Below, piece after piece: positions 58,201-64,000 of a stretch of DNA of 64,000 bases. The translations under genes and the position numbers were made by a program. Positions within the stretch are counted from its first letter, which is position 1; every line of letters starts with the position of its first letter. This DNA is from a virus. The stretch spans positions 32,001-96,000 of the IMG/VR virus record IMGVR_UViG_3300030333_006551. One strand, written 5' to 3'. The notes below the pieces were generated by a model. That model did no database searches and was not told the DNA's origin. It saw only the letters and a list, made by a program, of their open reading frames with translations.

Positions 58201-61200
58201 AAGGGATACACTCACTATACAGGGATTATATTGAGCATTTTTATTCAGATGGATTGAGTGGAAAGTTAATTGATTCAAGACTTGATGGTGGAAAAAACTT
58301 GTTATCTCATGTTTACGGCCCTTTGTTTTATAATGGAAATTTAAGGGTTGATGGCTCTGGTATAGCAACAAGCGGTATTTTCCAAGCTTCATCATATGGA
58401 TCACAATATGAGTTAAATTTAGCGAGGGACTATACCAGTAGTGCATTGTCTGGAATAGGAGTAAGTCTTCACTCTGCTGATAAAGATTTATATGTTAGAG
58501 TTCCTGAGTATAGAACTCAACATATGGTTAGTGGGGTCGAGCTTGTCGATGGGTCCGCTATCGAGGGGGTGGTTCCTAAAAATTGGTTCTCCATTGTCGA
58601 GCTTGATCCCACCTTGTCTAGACCTAACTCTGATGGTTACTTTGCAGGAAACAAGTTTATTCTATCTAAATCTAGGAGTCATGGGGTTCCTAGACTAAGA
58701 CTTAACTTAAGTGCTACCGAAAGCAATAACAACTTTTTAATACCAGAACATTATCTATCATTAGCAGTTAATTGCATTCCCTTCAAAGATGATACTCCTG
58801 AAATTGGAGGAGCTTCTGTTGGAGTTTGGATTCATACTGATGTGGAGAATGATGTAGATAATAAAAAGGTTTTCTGGAACTATATGCCTGACGGTAGTTG
58901 GAGCATGCAAGACGCTTCTTCTGTTACAGATATTGAAATAGGAGAAACCACGGTTTTAGAAAAACTAGCTCATAAGTTTACATTAGATTCTTCTAGCCTA
59001 GAGGGAGAAACGCAAACAACTACCTATTGCACTGAGGGTGTTGAGTATGATACTATTGTTGATTTGCCTACATTAGAAATCTTACAAGAAAAACATGTAC
59101 AGTGCCTAAAGCTAAACTTTGATACCCATAATTCTAAAATAAATGTACCTATAAATTACTTTAGTAAATTAGTGGGGACGAAACAAGGACACCAAGTACA
59201 CAGAAAAGCTCAAAACTATATTGTAGAAGTTTTCTTGTATCCAACAAACGAAGATACTACTACTATTCTTTTTGACAGCGTAAGCATTGTTGATGAAACA
59301 CAAAGAGATAGAGCATTTATTGCTGAAGAGTTTATACTGCCTGATTTCTCTCAAACGGATGAGATCTTCCATGAGTCTCCTGGAGCGTTAGTTGATCTTT
59401 CAGCAGGATTCTGGAAACAAGACGGATCAAAAGTTGCTGTAGAAACATCAACCACTACCGCAGAGTTCTCAGACATGCCATCACTCCTTAACTATAGTTT
59501 CCCAGATTTTGGATACAACACTTATATTAATAATTATTGGTCTGATGATGAAGAGAAGGGAGTAGAATTTCAACGACAACTCAAGCCTTTTAATGGTGAT
59601 CCTCTCCCTGGGTGTGGTTATTGTGGCGATGGACCTGATTGGGGTCATTTCTTGCACCACCCTAACGGAGACTATGATTCAGCACTTTGGGATGATGATG
59701 TATTTGCGAGAGGGATGTGGTTTGACGGTTGGAGTTCACCATTACACTATGCAAGCGATGATGGCCTGACCACTTATTCTACAGGGATAGAGCGGGTAGC
59801 TATGGCTGAGGATGATATAGCTGACCGTCCTGTATCTTTTGGAGACTCAGCAAACTTAAACTATATCTTCCCAATCCAAACATTTAGACATACAGACCCC
59901 AGACATTTTAGCCCAGAAGGTGTTCAAAATCCTTGGATTCCAGGAACGGTCTATGCAGGAGAACAGATGTTTAGTGGAGAAGAATATTTACACCTTAACG
60001 AAATGTTGCAGTACGGCATTATTGCCTTCTCTACTAATGAGCTTTATTCCCTAGGATGGTTAATTTATCAAGGTGAAAATAGAGAATCGATTAGAGAAAC
60101 TATTTTTGATCCTACTGGGACTTATTTTAATGCAGCAACTAGAGCAGCATTTGATAATAATCCCACAGACTTTACTAATATTAATAGGGCGATTCAAACT
60201 AATTACGGAGCAGGGTCTATACCACCAAATGGTATAGTTCAAGATATTCCCTATACAGAACTAGAAGATGGAAAAGAATATACCTTTTCTGTTTACTTTA
60301 AGCCTGGATTAGGTACTTCCGGTTTGGCGGTGGATAATTGGGGTGATGTTATTGATACTGATTACGGTTCATTCCTATTAACACTTAATTACCTTAGACC
60401 TAAGCACGACGAAAGTTGGTTTATATATAATACTAGTGGAAATGCAGCAACGCAACCCACAAACCCAAACACAGGTGTTGTAAATGAGGGAAATACAGCG
60501 CATTGGGACGCTGCATCATCACTTCCATATACTACTATTAAAGTGACCCCTGGAAATGCAGTACAAGGTCAAGCTATGGTTTCTAGCTATGCGGTTAATG
60601 GCCCAGCGTTTTACGATGCGACGAGTCCTGCTGTAGAAGGTGAACGGTGTAATGTTGTTGAGTTAGAAAATGGTTGGTTTAGAGCTTCAGTATCTGTTCA
60701 TTGGAGGAGTTCTTGGATTAATAGAACGATAGATGCTCCTAATAATCCTGGATTGTGGGATAATAAAGAAGAATTTGCATTCCATAAAAACAAAGTAAAT
60801 GGATTAAGGATTACTATGCAGATGCAGAAACCACATTCTTATGACTATGCGACTCCCCAAAATGTTAATTGGTATCAGACAAATTCTATTAAAGTTGTAA
60901 ATGACTGGAAAGTTTGGGGTTCTCTTTTCCATGAAGGTAATGCTTCAGAGCTTAAAGATTTCCAATATATGGGAGGAGATCTCTTTGTAGGCGATACAGA
61001 CACGATAACAAAGATTGATAAAGAACTTTGTTACATGGACACCTCAGGTAGTATGTTTACAGGCACCACTAAAGTTAAAGATGCTTCTTCTATCGGTGAG
61101 TGGAGTGGCATCCAAAGAGTTACTGCTTCTGTCCAAAACCCGCTAACTGGTATTATTAAGTTAAATACTCAAGTATCGGCACATAATTATGCCAACACTA

Positions 61201-61559
61201 ATTTTAGTGGTGGTTACTTCTACCTAGATGAGAATGCAGTCCCACGAGATATTGATGGTTCAGCCTTTGTAGGAATTACAAGCTCAACTTTAGGTAGTTA
61301 CATAGAAAAGAAAGAAACAGCATATGCACAGATAGAAGAAGATGAGCTTTTGGTTATTTTGCGGTACTTTAATAGTTTAACGAATAACTTAGGTTCTAGG
61401 AATGCAGCAGTAACAGCATCAAACATGGAGACTAGTGGCGGAGGTAGGCTTAATTACCGACTTCACCCATACCAAATGGATGGTCAAAACTCTCCAGGGT
61501 TATGGACTGTTAGGGATTCTAACTACGAGCAGGTTACAAAACTAGATATTACTAACTGA
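55287..61559 (+). CDS. giant baseplate wedge protein (gp7 / P2 gpI-like domain plus inserted modules)
   Basis: YLPFLADLVGW...LYKKKGT; 2090 aa; follows gp6. Confidence 0.7.
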   Translation: MSDRKYFKRNYVDVLKVITPKVYLQDDINLAGLASDINQDLINSHIISSKYITYLTKENEVSGLHVSATSNLEDIDNIKGISKYFIKQNNLTNITPKFFDDVILRPLNTRLTNYKSKDDFADYVSGTLLPSIHPNTDITANTASAFGNNNTESHEFLTSSLNWLYFLNTSGLITRSKTGEELVGFSPSSLVFSALTDMIFEGKDITLDYAIKMYQEYVWKNYNALSSLDVNVIPPNFMSGTGTYTSGTQNLDKLKTLIDIEYSPLYTDKNNTKVKDSFENYLLFNSVESEKVEDGPLHKLLRAVAYSMYDVNDQVESIKLLTSIESCPKDYLPFLADLVGWRLYGSDEAAWRRQLRSAVDLYKKKGTKQGLIDALHAVIPNSPLDPENSITEFYESYVPNLIFYLLKTDSPLFESLSTWTQDKAMTFGIPGYDPSDLDLNIKYVVDEILKRCVTEFPTQFRIGNEPFRVHTLDSGKAWFDDYDSPPDGLGDVHQTPLGAPHYGRWMTYKAPNPNSEYVATLGDPNFVFNYRGRLYPIPPWEDERYYADTAITEDLLDFIINELNCLEVALSSTEKLKSFIQDNTTAKLSTSKSRQSGFLFLTSSLELPPNYETIISKHQRDKYDYISMWNGKSSMFNFEVVGGDFDVLYLTDSRYTKRDVFDSLKIIDDFAPAKSKPQADFVLRHVDYLSSIGNTAISYRLNLNDLHTSGALGGYEASSVNLRGEGMRGQDFHSGFDDSKGNHIHDTLPVFKREQVDSFTDTAMGSTSAIAIPRNSIRRRNFKNVITQKGGGWYSRRGDSMPVYFNTSSSYPEKSFDYTLLGFVPSSLNFHPVDDVTNTSSVYNVSNDPNSVNTYFNVDVSNTFPVRGDTSIWDVSSQDDYIRRDAAPDIIRVLHALTERIESEKAKIESDHNAQYFNASSAWCNIVESLKNQKAYLGMNFDEFFNKRLDQRQSVRYLSEDKSGNNRKNIGKGIHSLYRDYIEHFYSDGLSGKLIDSRLDGGKNLLSHVYGPLFYNGNLRVDGSGIATSGIFQASSYGSQYELNLARDYTSSALSGIGVSLHSADKDLYVRVPEYRTQHMVSGVELVDGSAIEGVVPKNWFSIVELDPTLSRPNSDGYFAGNKFILSKSRSHGVPRLRLNLSATESNNNFLIPEHYLSLAVNCIPFKDDTPEIGGASVGVWIHTDVENDVDNKKVFWNYMPDGSWSMQDASSVTDIEIGETTVLEKLAHKFTLDSSSLEGETQTTTYCTEGVEYDTIVDLPTLEILQEKHVQCLKLNFDTHNSKINVPINYFSKLVGTKQGHQVHRKAQNYIVEVFLYPTNEDTTTILFDSVSIVDETQRDRAFIAEEFILPDFSQTDEIFHESPGALVDLSAGFWKQDGSKVAVETSTTTAEFSDMPSLLNYSFPDFGYNTYINNYWSDDEEKGVEFQRQLKPFNGDPLPGCGYCGDGPDWGHFLHHPNGDYDSALWDDDVFARGMWFDGWSSPLHYASDDGLTTYSTGIERVAMAEDDIADRPVSFGDSANLNYIFPIQTFRHTDPRHFSPEGVQNPWIPGTVYAGEQMFSGEEYLHLNEMLQYGIIAFSTNELYSLGWLIYQGENRESIRETIFDPTGTYFNAATRAAFDNNPTDFTNINRAIQTNYGAGSIPPNGIVQDIPYTELEDGKEYTFSVYFKPGLGTSGLAVDNWGDVIDTDYGSFLLTLNYLRPKHDESWFIYNTSGNAATQPTNPNTGVVNEGNTAHWDAASSLPYTTIKVTPGNAVQGQAMVSSYAVNGPAFYDATSPAVEGERCNVVELENGWFRASVSVHWRSSWINRTIDAPNNPGLWDNKEEFAFHKNKVNGLRITMQMQKPHSYDYATPQNVNWYQTNSIKVVNDWKVWGSLFHEGNASELKDFQYMGGDLFVGDTDTITKIDKELCYMDTSGSMFTGTTKVKDASSIGEWSGIQRVTASVQNPLTGIIKLNTQVSAHNYANTNFSGGYFYLDENAVPRDIDGSAFVGITSSTLGSYIEKKETAYAQIEEDELLVILRYFNSLTNNLGSRNAAVTASNMETSGGGRLNYRLHPYQMDGQNSPGLWTVRDSNYEQVTKLDITN

Positions 61560-63466
61560 TGATTGGAATAGTAGAAATTTATAGTGGTTTTGGCACTAAT
61601 GACCAAAAGCTTCTTCATACAGAGCAAAATCTGATTGTAGATGGAGCAGGAGAAGCTATTGTTGATTTATTAATGACCCCTTCATCTATTGTTTCATCTG
61701 TTTCAGGTATGAATGATACCTCGAACTATACTGTCCAAGCCATAAGTTTCGGAAAAGCAGCGTCTGCATACACACAGTATGGACATTACTGGGCTCCAAC
61801 AGCAGGGGATCATTTTGGAACGAGTTCTTTAATCACTCGTATTCAGGATGATCAAATTATGCGGGTTATGGAAATGAGTAGCACTTGGAACCACGGGGAT
61901 GACCTCCAATTGTTAGCTTCATCCTATGCTGCTCCTGCAAGGGATAGACTTAAAAATTCTTTCCCTAATCCCGTAGATACAGTCTTAGAGGCAGGTACGG
62001 ATACGGCAATTGATTTAAGCGGTGGTGAGTTCCACTATGATGAATCTGGCAAGTTAGTGGCTGGAAAGTACACTCCTGTTGGGCATAACATGAATGTCAC
62101 CCAGTTCGATTCTGCCGCTTCCTCTATTTTTAGGGGGTGCTGGCCTTTATCGGGGACTGGATCAAGTGCTATCATAGTAAGCTCGCAAACTTATGGACAC
62201 ATGGATGATGTAGCTGGGCATGGCGCAGCAATTTACCCCAATCCCCAAGATGCAGGGCAGGTGTCTTCCATTCATTATGGTGGTAGTGTATATGGTGGAC
62301 CATTAGGGGGTGGTTATAATAACGCACAAGCTATGGATATGTCTGGGTATGTCAAGGCATATAATTTATGCTTAGGTGAGTTAAGTGGTATAAAGAAAGA
62401 GCCTGGAGTTCAAACACTTGGATCATTATCAGGGCTATTGGTATCTGCTCAAGAAGGGACAGATACATTACCTGCGTTTGCAGTTCCTGGAGATACAGAC
62501 CTAACTCATATAGTAGGCAAGACCACCCCTCTAGAGAATTGTGAAGTTATATATGTAACAACTCTTGCTTCAGGTGATGTAGGGTACTCAAACCTATTTG
62601 GAGGGATAACAACTCTAGGCTTGTGGACGATTGATTTAGAGAAAACATTAGATGGTCTAAGCGCAACAGCACATACTGAAACTGATAACTTATTATATTA
62701 TGCAGATGGAAGTACCGCATCAGGCGATCCATACCAGTTCCAAAATACTTATGGTTGGGTTAAAACAAATTTAGGTATTACTGCTGATCCCGTTAGTGGT
62801 AATCAAAGAGATCCATATGGTGGACATGCATGGCAAGCGATTGCTGGCGCAGGCGAGGCAAGCACAGTAGCTAAAGTTGCTATTCCAACTTTGACCGCTT
62901 CTGGCGATTATACTTTCTCAGTTTACTTCCAAGGTTATCAGAATCCAGGCGCACTTTATGGATCCTCGATTGGATTACATATGACTGCTATGACTAGTGC
63001 AACTGATCTTCATTATGGTTTTCCAACCTCAGGTGGGGCTGCACTAGGACAGAGGGGGTCCTTATCTTCGCTGACAGGTTCTATCCAGGATGATGATTTA
63101 AATAATTGGACAAGAGTATCTCATACTGCCAAATTCCCTGATGGAACTAGTGCAATTAATTGTCAGATAGTTCTTAGTAGCTTGGGTTGGGGAGTTCCTA
63201 GCGGTGTTTTCTACGAAAGTGGAAAATATGTTGCTGTGGCTCATGCTAAGTTAGAGGAGGGTTCGACTGCTACAGATTTCGTTGCAGGAAGAAACGAATA
63301 CCCACCCTTCCGCTTTAAGGCAGAAAATAACCCGCTAAGATATAAACTATTTGCCAAGAGAACATTAACGGATAACTTAGCCAAGATTAGTGATAAAAGT
63401 ATAACTGAACCAGGAGCTATTGGATACCAAGATTTAACCCTGGTGTGGAGGATTAAGTTCGCATGA
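61559..63466 (+). CDS. baseplate/tail fibre-attachment protein with inserted CBM-like module
   Basis: NLIVDG N-terminus, LVWRIKF C-terminus, internal YTFSVYF...WTRVS. Confidence 0.6.
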   Translation: MIGIVEIYSGFGTNDQKLLHTEQNLIVDGAGEAIVDLLMTPSSIVSSVSGMNDTSNYTVQAISFGKAASAYTQYGHYWAPTAGDHFGTSSLITRIQDDQIMRVMEMSSTWNHGDDLQLLASSYAAPARDRLKNSFPNPVDTVLEAGTDTAIDLSGGEFHYDESGKLVAGKYTPVGHNMNVTQFDSAASSIFRGCWPLSGTGSSAIIVSSQTYGHMDDVAGHGAAIYPNPQDAGQVSSIHYGGSVYGGPLGGGYNNAQAMDMSGYVKAYNLCLGELSGIKKEPGVQTLGSLSGLLVSAQEGTDTLPAFAVPGDTDLTHIVGKTTPLENCEVIYVTTLASGDVGYSNLFGGITTLGLWTIDLEKTLDGLSATAHTETDNLLYYADGSTASGDPYQFQNTYGWVKTNLGITADPVSGNQRDPYGGHAWQAIAGAGEASTVAKVAIPTLTASGDYTFSVYFQGYQNPGALYGSSIGLHMTAMTSATDLHYGFPTSGGAALGQRGSLSSLTGSIQDDDLNNWTRVSHTAKFPDGTSAINCQIVLSSLGWGVPSGVFYESGKYVAVAHAKLEEGSTATDFVAGRNEYPPFRFKAENNPLRYKLFAKRTLTDNLAKISDKSITEPGAIGYQDLTLVWRIKFA

Positions 63467-64000
63467 TTAGAGGTAATGTAAAAGTAACTAAAATTTATTC
63501 TAACGGAGATAAAGAATTAATCTTCGATGATAGTAACATTGTTACTGATGGACTTGGGTGCTCTTTAGTTAATATATTTACTCAAAATGGGTCAACTGAT
63601 GTTGAGGACCACCAGATCGGTTATTTTCAGTTAGGAGATAGCAGAAGGGATTTATCCTCTGTAAACTTTTTCTTGAAGAATAATTTCTATACTTTAAGTT
63701 CAGCTTTCAGTTTATCAGAGTATGGCAATGAAAGTCCTCTCATGCTTCAGACCACTCCCCAAGTGATGGTGGATGATGATTTTATTCCTGCCAATGATTT
63801 AGTTTACTTCGTATCTTCAGGGTTGTTTGCCAAACTTGACAGGCAAGCTTATACTTCATTTGATAATAGTGATGTAATTAAACATAGAATTACCCTCGAT
63901 GAAGACACTGCAAATGGGCAAAGTATTCGAGAGTTAGGTCTTTTTATGAAAAACCCTGAGGGAGCTAAAGGTAAAGATAGAGTTATTTTAGCTGCTTATA
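63463..64000 (+). CDS. paralog of preceding gene, truncated by window end
   Basis: MIRGNVKV...SNIVTDG...ANGQSIRELGLF. Confidence 0.65.
   Translation, partial: MIRGNVKVTKIYSNGDKELIFDDSNIVTDGLGCSLVNIFTQNGSTDVEDHQIGYFQLGDSRRDLSSVNFFLKNNFYTLSSAFSLSEYGNESPLMLQTTPQVMVDDDFIPANDLVYFVSSGLFAKLDRQAYTSFDNSDVIKHRITLDEDTANGQSIRELGLFMKNPEGAKGKDRVILAAY

Noticed and set aside
43272-63466. Short antisense and alternate-frame ORFs inside structural genes
   Set aside because: These are shadows of long coding frames, with no motifs or initiation signals.
1-64000. Stop-codon reassignment
   Set aside because: Conserved genes are full length under the standard code, and TAA, TAG and TGA all terminate genes.

Overview
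This window is 64 kb of a large T4-like (myovirus) phage genome in the standard genetic code. It has four zones. (1) 1-9.4 kb: plus-strand small genes, including a DenV-like glycosylase, a HAD phosphatase, a cytidylyltransferase and a sigma-like factor, ending in an AT-rich repeat-bearing gap. (2) 9.7-15.5 kb: a visibly GC-richer, minus-strand early region built of ~1.0-1.3 kb cassettes. Each cassette is delimited by a 25-bp imperfect palindrome and driven by near-consensus sigma70 promoters, most giving leaderless mRNAs. This zone holds the most novel signal: an 81-nt tmRNA reduced to its tRNA-like domain (no tag reading frame), sitting at the 3' end of an array of GC-stem hairpins with complementary loops, plus a second unexplained structured RNA. 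(3) 15.6-27 kb: late genes, including a family of basic proteins with a T4 capsid-targeting-like leader, Cys-rich proteins and four tandem paralogs. (4) 27-64 kb: terminase, portal, IscU, UvsW-like helicase, a tail/baseplate chaperone with a probable -1 frameshift, primase, PD-(D/E)XK nuclease, tape measure and baseplate/tail genes. All calls come from reading the sequence by eye; no searches or folding programs were run.
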